A stretch of DNA of 64,000 bases from Thermoplasmatales archaeon (GTDB lineage Archaea; Thermoplasmatota; Thermoplasmata; Thermoplasmatales; GCA-001856825), in assembly GCA_038729485.1 (NCBI GenBank), contig JAVYRX010000005.1, positions 1,417 through 65,416 of the forward strand, written 5' to 3'. Below the pieces are notes generated by a model. It ran no database searches, was not told where the DNA came from, and worked only from the letters and a program-made list of their open reading frames with translations. This document shows positions 18,214 to 27,689 of the stretch, one piece after another; position 1 is the stretch's first letter; each line of letters begins with the position of its first letter. Position numbers and translations under genes: made by a program.

Positions 18214-19120
18214 TTAGGTTCGTATGGCCATTATGTCTTTTATTATAAAGATATATCCGTGTAACCAAAGAAGCCTGTTCAAGATAGTTTCTCATAGATG
18301 GCTCCCTGAAACACTGGATAAAGCAATCATTACAGGAATTCTGATATTTTTCCCATCTTCTATTTTCATTCAATTTCTTTGTTGTTTTATAGAAACAGGG
18401 GTACACATCCCCCTTGTAGTCCGCATAGAAAACGACTTCTCCAGCCCTGCATCTCTGGACATTTCTTTTTTCCAGCCAGTCCACTGCTTCTTTATAGTAA
18501 GTTCTAGTGTTTCCGAATTCCAATTTTTTGTAGTTCTTGAAAGCGAAATCAAATGCTTCCTTTATTTGCGAGTTTTCCACCGGAACCCTCTCGTAATAGT
18601 AAGAGCTGTTGTCAGGAAAGCACATAGAAGCAGGAACGCCTATTTCCTCATTAACATACTTGGCATATTCTCCTATCTGGTTATAATTAAAGCCAGTGAC
18701 GAGAATGTTGGACGTAAGTACCTTGACCCTCGGCTTAAGATATTTCATGCTCTCTACGACTATGTCGAATATTTTTCTTCCTCTATACTCATTGTGAAGT
18801 TCCGGAACATGGCTATCCAGACTGATCGTAGCCGCATCTAGATACGGATAGATTTTGCTGAGCACATATTTGTTTGTCCCGTTAGTGGCAATGTGCGTTA
18901 TAAAACCTCTGTCTTTAAGTGTTTTAAGAATGCGCACAAGATCTGGATGTAGGGTTGGCTCTCCCCCGGTCACTGAGACTATCTTTACCTTGTTGTATTT
19001 CATTTCGTCTATGAAATCTTCTATCTTGTCTTTGGGAAACAGTACATTGCCCTCAAAGGCATTGCATCCCTTGCAGAGAAGGTTGCATTTAAAATCTATG
19101 TTCCAGATTACAGTCTTCAC
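18170..19120 (-). CDS. Radical SAM protein with C-terminal twitch/SPASM-like Cys cluster
   Basis: CNLLCKGC, TGGEPTL, TNG, ISLD motifs; C-terminal CRAG...GDVYPC...CNDCFIQC. Confidence 0.85.
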   Translation of the reverse strand: MKTVIWNIDFKCNLLCKGCNAFEGNVLFPKDKIEDFIDEMKYNKVKIVSVTGGEPTLHPDLVRILKTLKDRGFITHIATNGTNKYVLSKIYPYLDAATISLDSHVPELHNEYRGRKIFDIVVESMKYLKPRVKVLTSNILVTGFNYNQIGEYAKYVNEEIGVPASMCFPDNSSYYYERVPVENSQIKEAFDFAFKNYKKLEFGNTRTYYKEAVDWLEKRNVQRCRAGEVVFYADYKGDVYPCFYKTTKKLNENRRWEKYQNSCNDCFIQCFREPSMRNYLEQASLVTRIYLYNKRHNGHTNLNESRPMQRYVPPDS

Positions 19121-19171
19121 GGCTATCCTAGAAATTCTTTGTATTTAAAGAAAATTGAGCTACCAAAGCAA

Positions 19172-20143
19172 CTATTTTCTCATTCTCGCATAATGCTCCG
19201 TAAAGTAGCTAATAACAATATCGGCTCCGGCCCTGAATATTGCCGATAAAGACTCATCGACGACCGAATCTAGGTCTATGATCCCATTCTTTCCTGCATT
19301 TTCTATCATTGAATATTCTGCGCTGACACTATAAGCTGCGATCGGGAGATTAAAATTATTTCTTGCCTCTCTAATTAGGTCTAGGTAGAAAAGGGCAGGC
19401 TTTACCATAACTATGTCAGCCCCCTCCTCGATATCTTCCTCGATTTCCCTTAATGCCTCTCTCCTATTTCTAAAATTCATCTGGTAGGTCTTCCTGTCCC
19501 CAAATGACGGGGCCGAATTAACTGCCCCTCTGAATGGTGAATAGAGTGAGCTGGCGAACTTCGAGCTGTAAGCCAATATGATCGTATCCTCGTGCCCTTT
19601 AGAATCGAGCTCTTTCCTGATTCTCGCTACCTGCCCGTCCATCATGCCAGATGGGGCTACACCGTCCACTCCTGAATCCGCATAGCTTTTCGCAATTTTT
19701 GCATAGACTTCAAGCGTGGAATCGTTGTCGATTTTTCCATCTCTTACAAGACCGCAGTGTCCATGTTCAGTATATTCACACAAACAAAGGTCCGCCCAAA
19801 CAACCAAATTCGTTTCGTTCTTTATGCCGGAAATGGCCCTCTGTACAACACCATTCTGGTCATAAGAAGAAGAACCTGTGGCATCCTTGTACTTCGGAAC
19901 TCCAAACAACAGTATTGACCTGATCCCCAGACTTTCATATTCTTTTGCCTTTGAAACTGCTGCTTCAACAGGATATCTGTATATTCCATCCATGTTTTCA
20001 ATCTCTATAGGCTCTTTTATGTTTTCGTCAACGAAGACGGGCATCACCATCTTCGTAAGCTCAACGCTTGTTTCCGAAAGTATATCCCTAATCTCAATTG
20101 ATTTTCTTAGCCTTCTCAGTCTCACGTCTGGATATGTTTTCAT
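19172..20143 (-). CDS. hemB: Porphobilinogen synthase (Zn-type ALA dehydratase)
   Basis: DLCLCEYTEHGHCG, APSGMMDG, DRKTYQM, MVKPAL motifs. Confidence 0.97.
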   Translation of the reverse strand: MKTYPDVRLRRLRKSIEIRDILSETSVELTKMVMPVFVDENIKEPIEIENMDGIYRYPVEAAVSKAKEYESLGIRSILLFGVPKYKDATGSSSYDQNGVVQRAISGIKNETNLVVWADLCLCEYTEHGHCGLVRDGKIDNDSTLEVYAKIAKSYADSGVDGVAPSGMMDGQVARIRKELDSKGHEDTIILAYSSKFASSLYSPFRGAVNSAPSFGDRKTYQMNFRNRREALREIEEDIEEGADIVMVKPALFYLDLIREARNNFNLPIAAYSVSAEYSMIENAGKNGIIDLDSVVDESLSAIFRAGADIVISYFTEHYARMRK

Positions 20144-21317
20144 CCAAAATCTCCTCCATGTTCGACACAGCTTCGGACGATCTAACGTCTTTCGATCTCT
20201 TTATGCCGTTTATTACAAAACCTAGAAGCCTGTTCCTAGTAGATTCAAGCCCTTTTTTCATTAAATAAAGATCCTCCTTGGAATTTACTTTCCTCTCCAT
20301 GAAGCTAAGCTCTTCTCTAATTACCACATCGGAGAAATCTATAATCTTCCTGAGAATATCTTCTTTCTCCTTGTTCATCAGTCTTGTGGCAAATTTTTCG
20401 AATTCATCTTCAACTGTCTTGAGGGCCGTTCTCATAAACTCCTCCTTTTCCTCTTCCTTACTTTTAACTTTCGAGGAGAGGTGAGTCATGTTGATGAGCT
20501 GGACGCCCTCAGGAACTTCTTCCTCTACGTTTGGAGGGACTCCAAGATCCAGTATTTTAGAAACCTTGGAACCAACGATATCGTTGAGCTTAAGTAGTGG
20601 CGAATCTGTTTTCGTAGCCAATATCAAAACGTCATAATCCTTCCATTTCTCTTTGTCAAAATCCTCCACTTTGCAACCCCAAATTTGCGAAATGTGGATG
20701 GCCCTTTCCTTTGTTCTATTGGTTATGGAAAATTTGAGACCCCTTCTATTCAGTATGGAGGAAGTCTGTTTTCCAACATGTCCTGCCCCCACCACCAATA
20801 TTTTTTCGTCACCTCCAAGATGCATCTCGTCTATGGCAATGCTTGCAACACTTTTGTTGTGTCTCCCATTTCCGGAGGACCTCCTCACCTTCTTCCCTAT
20901 TTGCAGTGCTTTGTTTACCACAAAACTAAGATTCGTTCCAGCCAGCCCCTTTTCTTCGGACACCCTAAACGCATCCCTGATCTGGGATACTATCTCGTTT
21001 TCGCCTACGACCATAGAGTCCAAACCAGAGGCGACGATGAACAAATGTCTGATTGCCTCTAATCCATGAACTACTGAATGTTGACTTGTCTTTTCGTTTA
21101 TATAGTCTTCAATGAATTCGACCGTTTCTTTGTCACCTGGATAGAAGTATACCTCAAATCTGTTGCAGGTCCACAGAACAAGGGCCTCCTGTATTCTCTC
21201 ATTCTTCTTTATATATTCATAAACAGATTCAATTTCAAATGTCGGAACCGTGGAAAAGTAGAGGGAACCAAGTTCGTTATACGTAACCTTTACTAGGAAT
21301 AAGCCTCCCTTGTCCAA
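20094..21317 (-). CDS. hemA: Glutamyl-tRNA reductase
   Basis: TCNRFEVY, VASGLDSMVVGENEI, VVGAG, DLGVPPNV motifs. Confidence 0.95.
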   Translation of the reverse strand: MDKGGLFLVKVTYNELGSLYFSTVPTFEIESVYEYIKKNERIQEALVLWTCNRFEVYFYPGDKETVEFIEDYINEKTSQHSVVHGLEAIRHLFIVASGLDSMVVGENEIVSQIRDAFRVSEEKGLAGTNLSFVVNKALQIGKKVRRSSGNGRHNKSVASIAIDEMHLGGDEKILVVGAGHVGKQTSSILNRRGLKFSITNRTKERAIHISQIWGCKVEDFDKEKWKDYDVLILATKTDSPLLKLNDIVGSKVSKILDLGVPPNVEEEVPEGVQLINMTHLSSKVKSKEEEKEEFMRTALKTVEDEFEKFATRLMNKEKEDILRKIIDFSDVVIREELSFMERKVNSKEDLYLMKKGLESTRNRLLGFVINGIKRSKDVRSSEAVSNMEEILDENISRRETEKAKKIN

Positions 21318-21326
21318 GTTTAAACA

Positions 21327-21342
21327 CCCTTAAACCTAAGTG
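21327..21342. promoter_or_regulatory. Possible copy of the CTTA-N4-TAAG palindrome overlapping the hemA ribosome-binding region
   Basis: CCCTTA-AACC-TAAGTG, 10 nt upstream of the hemA TTG. It overlaps an SD-like AAGGGTG, so it may be coincidental. Confidence 0.3.
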
Positions 21343-21429
21343 CGAATTGAGTATTTACTTTTATGTCATTACCTTTAAGGGAAATACTCCCGGTAAGTTT
21401 CAAACTTAATAACTCACATCGGAGCAAAT

Positions 21430-22107
21430 TCAAGGATCTCTAAGTAGCGAATCTTTCTCAGAATCGTTCAATAGTATGTCAAGAATCTCATAAATTGACG
21501 GTCTTACGAAGTACCCCTCTGGATTAAACGATAGATTAACCATGGTAACGTAAGTGGGTTTGCCTATTGCATATATCTTTTTTCCTTTGATAAGATCTTT
21601 TGCCCTTCTATTTAAAATCTCAAAAGAAAATGAAGATCCTACCAATATTTTCTTTACCTTTTCGATATCATGATACTCCACGTTTTCGTTTTCTTCTATG
21701 TAATAGGCCGGAATGAAGATTACCTCCACACCACCGTTCTTAAGGTTCGATAGCAGCTGTTTAGACGTTCTGTTGCTCCCCACCACGGTAACTTTTCTCT
21801 CTTTCGAGACGATCATTCGTGCGAGGCCCTCAGAATTCTGGCTCTCTGGAACTAGACAGTCCAAAGAGTATAACGTCCTAAGGTATTGGGAGGTCTCACT
21901 GCCTATGCAGTATGCGCTTTTTGTATTTATCGCAACACGAGACATTTTTAGAGATATTACTGATCTTTTAGACGTAAGGGCTATGGGAGTATTGATCCTC
22001 CTTAAACCCGAGAGGTCTCTATAAACGATCTTTAGTACTGGAATTGCGACGACGCCAGGCGGCGCTATTTCCAGTGATGCACCCACGTAAGCAACATTAC
22101 CTTCCAA
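21430..22107 (-). CDS. hemD: Uroporphyrinogen-III synthase
   Basis: Follows and overlaps hemC. LTSKRSV, YCIG..T, PESQNSEGL and YAIGKPT motifs. Confidence 0.8.
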   Translation of the reverse strand: MEGNVAYVGASLEIAPPGVVAIPVLKIVYRDLSGLRRINTPIALTSKRSVISLKMSRVAINTKSAYCIGSETSQYLRTLYSLDCLVPESQNSEGLARMIVSKERKVTVVGSNRTSKQLLSNLKNGGVEVIFIPAYYIEENENVEYHDIEKVKKILVGSSFSFEILNRRAKDLIKGKKIYAIGKPTYVTMVNLSFNPEGYFVRPSIYEILDILLNDSEKDSLLRDP

Positions 22108-22942
22108 TTATATCCCTCATTTTCAAGATGTCTCCATTACCAATCTTCCCGGCAAAGGACAGATCAAATCTATTTTCTTCATTGGCGTAAGAGAATTTTA
22201 TCTTTTTTAGATTGAAATCCGCAAATACGCTGACGGCCTGATCGCATCCCAAATCAAGTTTCTCCATGATTTCTCTTTCTGTCTTTGCTTCCCATTCAGC
22301 TTGCGCTTCTTGAATCAAAGAGAGCGTTTCGGATGCGCTGCTTTTCTTGCGGGACACGACAGCTATGAAGCCCTGGTTGGGATCCGGCGGACAGATATTT
22401 ATCGGAATGGGGGCCCCGGGAACAGAAATACCCAGCCTATCGAGTGCAACCTTTGCAATGACAAGAGAGTCTACCTCGCCTTTTTTCCATTTATCTATCC
22501 TCGTATCAATGTTTCCCCTGATGTCACGGAATTGCAATTCGTTGTTGAACAATGATAGAAACGTCCTTCGCCTTATAGACGATGATCCGACAGTTCCCTT
22601 AAATGAATGCATTTCCGTCTCAGAGACAAAATAGTCCCTTGGGTCGCCCCTCTTAGAATAAAAGGAGATTTCAAGGTCGTCATCCATTCCAGTGGGTATG
22701 TCCTTTGCTGAATGCACCGCACCGTCAACTTCGCCCTGAAGAACGAGCTCGTTCAATTTTTTCACAAATATCCCTTTCTCACCCATTTTGTACAGGGGAG
22801 TGATGGTATCAATCTCTCCGTGGGATCTAATTACTACAGGTTCGGCCTTTATCCCTCGTTTATTCAGCGATTCAGAAACTATCTGAAATTGTGCGAGAGC
22901 CAGATTAGAGCCTCTGGTAGCAAGCTTCAAGAGCTTTTCCAT
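22097..22942 (-). CDS. hemC: Hydroxymethylbilane synthase
   Basis: ATRGSNLALAQ, KGIF, AVHSAKD, GSSSIRR, IRGNIDTR; cofactor Cys in LGC. Confidence 0.95.
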   Translation of the reverse strand: MEKLLKLATRGSNLALAQFQIVSESLNKRGIKAEPVVIRSHGEIDTITPLYKMGEKGIFVKKLNELVLQGEVDGAVHSAKDIPTGMDDDLEISFYSKRGDPRDYFVSETEMHSFKGTVGSSSIRRRTFLSLFNNELQFRDIRGNIDTRIDKWKKGEVDSLVIAKVALDRLGISVPGAPIPINICPPDPNQGFIAVVSRKKSSASETLSLIQEAQAEWEAKTEREIMEKLDLGCDQAVSVFADFNLKKIKFSYANEENRFDLSFAGKIGNGDILKMRDIIGR

Positions 22943-24114
22943 AATCTTTCAGCCTCCGCCCCCAAAAAGGAGAAACTATCCTTGATGTCCTTTTCATTAT
23001 GTGCGAACGAAATAAAAATTGTCTCGTCATAGGATGGGGGGACATATATTCCGTTGTCTATAGCAGCCCTGAAAAGTCTGAAATATAGATCTTTTCTCGA
23101 AGCCAAGACGTCCTCGTAATTTCTCACGGTGCCCTCCATGAAGAATATCGAGAGCATTCCGGTAAGACCATTAACTGAAAGACCGGACCTGGATAATTCT
23201 CCAATCGCCAGATCAGTAAGCCTGTTAAGTTTTCTGTAATCAATTTTAGATAGTATCCTGAGTGTTTCCAATCCTGCGGTTATAGAGACTGGATTTCCAG
23301 AAAAAGTACCTGCCTGTGGAAAGTTTCCCTCAGGGCGGACTTCTTTCATGAACCGCTCTCGCCCACCATAAACCGCAAGCGGAAATCCGCCACCAACTAT
23401 CTTCCCAAATGTAGCCAAATCTGGCTCTATCCCCTTTTTTTTGTAATAAGGATAGAAACCGCTTCTAAAACCTGTTATGACTTCATCCACTATAAAGGGA
23501 GTGCCATATCTTCTACATGCGTCTTCGATTTGCTCCAGATACCCGTCATCTGGAGGTATAACGCCTGCATTACCCATAACTGGCTCCACTATGAAAGCTC
23601 CCATTTCCCTCGTTGACAGTTTTGTTAGAGCAGAATCTAGGTCGTTGAATTCTACCTCATTTACGTACTCCGAAGGATAGTTGTAAGGATGGGTTCCATG
23701 ATATCCCCCCTTGATTTTAAGTACCTTTCTTCTCCCCGTAACGTGAAGAGCAAGACGTATCGCATGCATTGTCGCTTCAGTTCCGGTATTTACAATTCTC
23801 ATCATCTCAATTCCAGTTGCTTTCTTGAAAATTTCACCGAACTCCACCTCTGCTTCCACAGGTGCTCCAAAAAGGGTCCCGTTTTCAATCCTTTCTCTCA
23901 CTTTGCGAATTACCTCAGGGTTTGCATGACCTAGGATCAGTGGGCCGTATGCAAGAACAAAATCATTGTAAATTTTGCCGTCGACGTCTTCTATTTTCCC
24001 TCCGATCCCTCTTTTGAAGAAGAGTGGATAAGGCTGATAAAATCTGACTGGGCTGTTGACTCCTTTGGGATACAATTTAGCTGCTCTCTCGAAAAGCTCT
24101 TCGCTCCTAGTCAA
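22927..24114 (-). CDS. hemL: Glutamate-1-semialdehyde 2,1-aminomutase
   Basis: GVNSPVR, NTGTEATM, EPVMGN.G, DEVITGFR, FGKIVGGGFP, AGTFSGNP. Confidence 0.95.
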   Translation of the reverse strand: MTRSEELFERAAKLYPKGVNSPVRFYQPYPLFFKRGIGGKIEDVDGKIYNDFVLAYGPLILGHANPEVIRKVRERIENGTLFGAPVEAEVEFGEIFKKATGIEMMRIVNTGTEATMHAIRLALHVTGRRKVLKIKGGYHGTHPYNYPSEYVNEVEFNDLDSALTKLSTREMGAFIVEPVMGNAGVIPPDDGYLEQIEDACRRYGTPFIVDEVITGFRSGFYPYYKKKGIEPDLATFGKIVGGGFPLAVYGGRERFMKEVRPEGNFPQAGTFSGNPVSITAGLETLRILSKIDYRKLNRLTDLAIGELSRSGLSVNGLTGMLSIFFMEGTVRNYEDVLASRKDLYFRLFRAAIDNGIYVPPSYDETIFISFAHNEKDIKDSFSFLGAEAERLWKSS

Positions 24115-24614
24115 AAGAACACCCCCGCCAGGATCTCTGCAATAAGAACTATCGCAATCATTAGCCCAACGGTAATGAATGAAAGTACGTGCGCAATCTT
24201 CCTCACATTTTTCAGCTCCTCAAATTTACCTGCTTCAGCAAGTTTTGGTATTAGCTTCCCATGCCACAAATTGTTCCCGTATAGGATTGCATACATCGCT
24301 GCAACTGCGGATATCTTTATCGTAAGTATATAACCCCATCTTGTTTTTACCGCATATCCTATGTTATAGAAATAGACTGGATAGTAAAGGGCAACAAGGA
24401 GAAGACCTGTGATCGTTAAGAGGATAATTGTTATGTTTGTATAGAGAGCGTAACGCTTTCCCATGACGCTCATGAATCTGGTCCTCAGCTTCTCGTCTTT
24501 GATTGCAATCGAGCTGGCAGGCCAGATGACTATCCAAACGAATATTGAGGAACCTACAAGAAACACGGCTGAAATTACATGTATGAATAGCAGGAATATT
24601 ATTAGTGGTGTCAT
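24111..24614 (-). CDS. 4-TM membrane protein, CopD/DUF4149/HemJ-like, embedded in the heme operon
   Basis: Four hydrophobic segments with His in TM1 (HVISAVFLVG). Starts 3 nt after the radical SAM stop and overlaps the hemL start. Confidence 0.6.
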   Translation of the reverse strand: MTPLIIFLLFIHVISAVFLVGSSIFVWIVIWPASSIAIKDEKLRTRFMSVMGKRYALYTNITIILLTITGLLLVALYYPVYFYNIGYAVKTRWGYILTIKISAVAAMYAILYGNNLWHGKLIPKLAEAGKFEELKNVRKIAHVLSFITVGLMIAIVLIAEILAGVFF

Positions 24615-24617
24615 AGG

Positions 24618-25760
24618 CTAAACAAGCGATTGTTTTATGCTATTCAAGCTTTTTATCTCCTTTGGAATATAGAGGCACCTTGGGTCCTCCTGGAAAATAT
24701 CATTGAAGTAGCTAAATGCTCTCGCTCTAGAGCCACCGCATAGGTCGGCATATTCACATACTCCGCATCTCCCCTTTAGGTTTGCCGGGTCTCTCAGCTT
24801 GACGAGTGTTTCATTATTGCGGTAAATTTCTACAATGCTTTTCTCCCTCACGTTGCCGAGATTTATTGGTAGGAATCCGGAAGGATTCACCTCGCCGTTA
24901 TGAGCAACAAATATTACACCTTTCCCATCCCTTGTGAAAGTGGTATGGCCTCTTGATATTCCTGAAGGTTCTCCCAAGAGTTCAACAGTTCTCTTGACAA
25001 GGTTTTTATATAGCGTCCCCCCCGAATATTCTGTAACCTCCCTCTCTCTGAGTATTCTCCTGAAGAAAGGCGCTTCCACAGTCCTGATCGTTACAGAGTA
25101 TCTTGACGCGAATTCAAGGTAATTGAAAACGTCCTCATATTCTCTGGGCTCCAGATCTTCCCTGTCTATCCCCCTGCCAGTCCTTATGAGGGAGAAGACC
25201 TCCCACGTTTTCACTCCACTGTCAATAAGAATTTTAAGCAAATCCGGAAGTTCTCTGACATTTCTCTTGAATACGGTAGTGTTTATTTGAAGGGTAAATC
25301 CTTCCTTAACTATTTTTTTCATAAGGCCCAAGGTAAGTTCAAATGTACCGTTCAATCCTCTGAGCCAATCATGAGTGGATTTTGTTGCCCCATCCAAGCT
25401 TAAGGAGAGAGATCTAATGTTGAATTTTTTCATCATGATAAATGCGTCGTCGTTGAGGAGGGGTGTTGCGCTGGGAGCCATTGATGCAGGAATTCCAAGC
25501 TCATTGGCGTGGGCGAGTATCTGTTCCAACCCATTCCTTTTCATTATGTCTCCTCCTGTTAGAATAACTACAGGATAGGGTCTTCCGAAGCCTGTAATCT
25601 GATCCAGGAACGAAAGCGCCTCTTCTGTATTCAGCTCGTCTGGAAGGGGGTTCAACAAAGCTGAAGCCCTGCAGTGTTTGCAAGCCAGGTCACACGCTTT
25701 TGTAGTTTCCCAAAATATTAGAATTGGCTTCATGTTGAAGTCGATTGGAGCTCTGTTCAT
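24618..25760 (-). CDS. Heme-biosynthesis radical SAM/SPASM protein (AhbD/NirJ-like)
   Basis: IFWETTKACDLACKHCRA, LTGGD, SPASM half-motif KGRCGVCEYADLCGGSRARA...DPRC; heads the hem operon. Confidence 0.85.
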   Translation of the reverse strand: MNRAPIDFNMKPILIFWETTKACDLACKHCRASALLNPLPDELNTEEALSFLDQITGFGRPYPVVILTGGDIMKRNGLEQILAHANELGIPASMAPSATPLLNDDAFIMMKKFNIRSLSLSLDGATKSTHDWLRGLNGTFELTLGLMKKIVKEGFTLQINTTVFKRNVRELPDLLKILIDSGVKTWEVFSLIRTGRGIDREDLEPREYEDVFNYLEFASRYSVTIRTVEAPFFRRILREREVTEYSGGTLYKNLVKRTVELLGEPSGISRGHTTFTRDGKGVIFVAHNGEVNPSGFLPINLGNVREKSIVEIYRNNETLVKLRDPANLKGRCGVCEYADLCGGSRARAFSYFNDIFQEDPRCLYIPKEIKSLNSIKQSLV

Positions 25761-25847
25761 TGGCTCTCCATGGTACCATCATATTTAAGAGAAATGTACT
25801 GTCTTAAGGAAATGCAAATAATAAATATCCATTGCAATTACTCGAGG

Positions 25848-26816
25848 ATGCCTCGAAAAGTCATACTAAGAATATCAAGGGGTGATTTTGATGATAATGC
25901 AGTCTGGTTTATGAGGCAGGCAGGAAGGTACATTCCAGAATATGAGGAGATAAAGAGGGGAAGAAAGTTTAGCGATATCCTTGCAGATGAAGATGCAATA
26001 TATCGTCTTTCGATTCTCCCGATGAAGTACATTAAGACAGACGGTATAGTAATGTTCACGGATATTCTAGTTCCACTCAGGTCGATGGGCTTTAATGTGA
26101 CTTACGAAAATGGAATCGAAGTAACTAAGGAGGAATCAGTCTCTCCTTTTTCATACAACGGCCTTTCGAGTGCGATAAAAAGGGTATCCGAGAACTATGG
26201 TGATATGACAATCATTGGTGTAATGGGGGGCCCATTCACCACACTTTCCTACGTTTACGACAAGGGGCGATCTGGATATCACCTTACAAAAAGAGAGGTC
26301 TTGGAGAAAGGCGATGTGCTCCTGTCAAATATAATAGAGAGCATACTTGGCTTCGGTAAACTGCAGGCCGATTCGGGAGTTGACGTGATTCAAATATTCG
26401 ATAGCTGGCTTGGAAGTCTGTCAGAGACATTTTACGAAATGCACGTAAGAAAATGGGAAGAATATTTCGTTGAAAAGGTAAAAGAGCTTGGAAAGCCAGT
26501 AATCTTCTTTAGCGAGGGTGCTTCTCATCTTTCGGATGTGTTATCTAGGCTAGATGTGGACGTTTTTTCCGTAGATTGGAGGCGAACCTTGGGAAAATAT
26601 GCAAGCGTGTTTAACAATCATGCAATACAGGGAAACCTTGATCCGAATCTTCTGGATTCGCCAGATTTGTACCTAAAGAAGGAGGTCAGAAGGATAATGA
26701 ATGACGGAAAACTATTCCGAGGTCATGTTTTCAATCTAGGGCACGGAGTTCCATATTGGGCGGATTGGAAAAAGTTATCTATGATAGCTAACGAGGTGCA
26801 CAGCTATGAGCGATAA
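25848..26816 (+). CDS. hemE: Uroporphyrinogen decarboxylase
   Basis: VWFMRQAGRY.PEY, FTDIL, GGPFT, QIFDSW, QGNLDP, FNLGHG. Start moved to ATG 25848. Confidence 0.95.
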   Translation: MPRKVILRISRGDFDDNAVWFMRQAGRYIPEYEEIKRGRKFSDILADEDAIYRLSILPMKYIKTDGIVMFTDILVPLRSMGFNVTYENGIEVTKEESVSPFSYNGLSSAIKRVSENYGDMTIIGVMGGPFTTLSYVYDKGRSGYHLTKREVLEKGDVLLSNIIESILGFGKLQADSGVDVIQIFDSWLGSLSETFYEMHVRKWEEYFVEKVKELGKPVIFFSEGASHLSDVLSRLDVDVFSVDWRRTLGKYASVFNNHAIQGNLDPNLLDSPDLYLKKEVRRIMNDGKLFRGHVFNLGHGVPYWADWKKLSMIANEVHSYER

Positions 26817-27651
26817 GGCAGCAGTGCTCATGTACTATGGATTCCCAGATAAGAAAGAGGAGATGAGGGAGTACTTAAGGGACATTCTTCACGGAAAGGA
26901 TCCGCCGGAGTATCTGTTGAATGAAAATTTGTCAAAGCTGGAAATAATCGGAGGATCAACACCATCTGGGCGCATAGTTCGTAGTATTAGGAATAAGGTA
27001 GAGGAAAGGCTGAGAGGAATGGGTTTTTCTGTATACCTCCTTTCAAAGCATTACAGGCCTTCCTTAAAAGACGCAGCAGCAATTGTTAGAGAAAACTTGA
27101 TTTTTGAAATTCCCCTCTTTCCGATTTATTCGGACTACATTTTCAAGGGATATTTTGAGCCCTTAGAGTCATCCCTAGAAGGAAGGAGGTTCACAAGAAT
27201 TTCGAACATAGGATTCGAGAATGAGATACTTGACCATTACAGAAGATCCATAGACGCAAATAATGATCTGCTTCTCGTTTTTGCAGCCCATAGCATCCCC
27301 CTAGAAGGATCAGATCAGTATCCGGCTCTTGTGGAGAGGATGTCAAAGATTCTTTCCGGCGACAAGGAATACATAAATATATACCATAGTCAGGGGCCAT
27401 TCCATGACAAGTGGTTGTCCCCATACCCTGAATTTTCGATCAGATACGCAAAAGAGAAAGGTTACTCAGGCATAAAAATAGTACCCATTGGATTCATTTA
27501 CGACCATATCGAAGTGCTCTATGATCTTGATTACTTGTTGAAGAATCAGGCCATCGCGGCGGGTTTAAGATATGAAAGGGTGCCACTTCCGAACGATTCT
27601 CAAAGCGTAATAGATTCGATAGTTGCAGCAATAGAAAGAAGCACTCCCTGA
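26806..27651 (+). CDS. hemH: Ferrochelatase (HemH/CpfC family)
   Basis: IGG.TP, PLFPIYS, FAAHSIP, SQG...WL.P, PIGF.YDHIEVLYDLD. Confidence 0.92.
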   Translation: MSDKAAVLMYYGFPDKKEEMREYLRDILHGKDPPEYLLNENLSKLEIIGGSTPSGRIVRSIRNKVEERLRGMGFSVYLLSKHYRPSLKDAAAIVRENLIFEIPLFPIYSDYIFKGYFEPLESSLEGRRFTRISNIGFENEILDHYRRSIDANNDLLLVFAAHSIPLEGSDQYPALVERMSKILSGDKEYINIYHSQGPFHDKWLSPYPEFSIRYAKEKGYSGIKIVPIGFIYDHIEVLYDLDYLLKNQAIAAGLRYERVPLPNDSQSVIDSIVAAIERSTP

Positions 27652-27689
27652 ATGAAGAAACAATAAAGTACGCGTTTCGATAACAGGTT

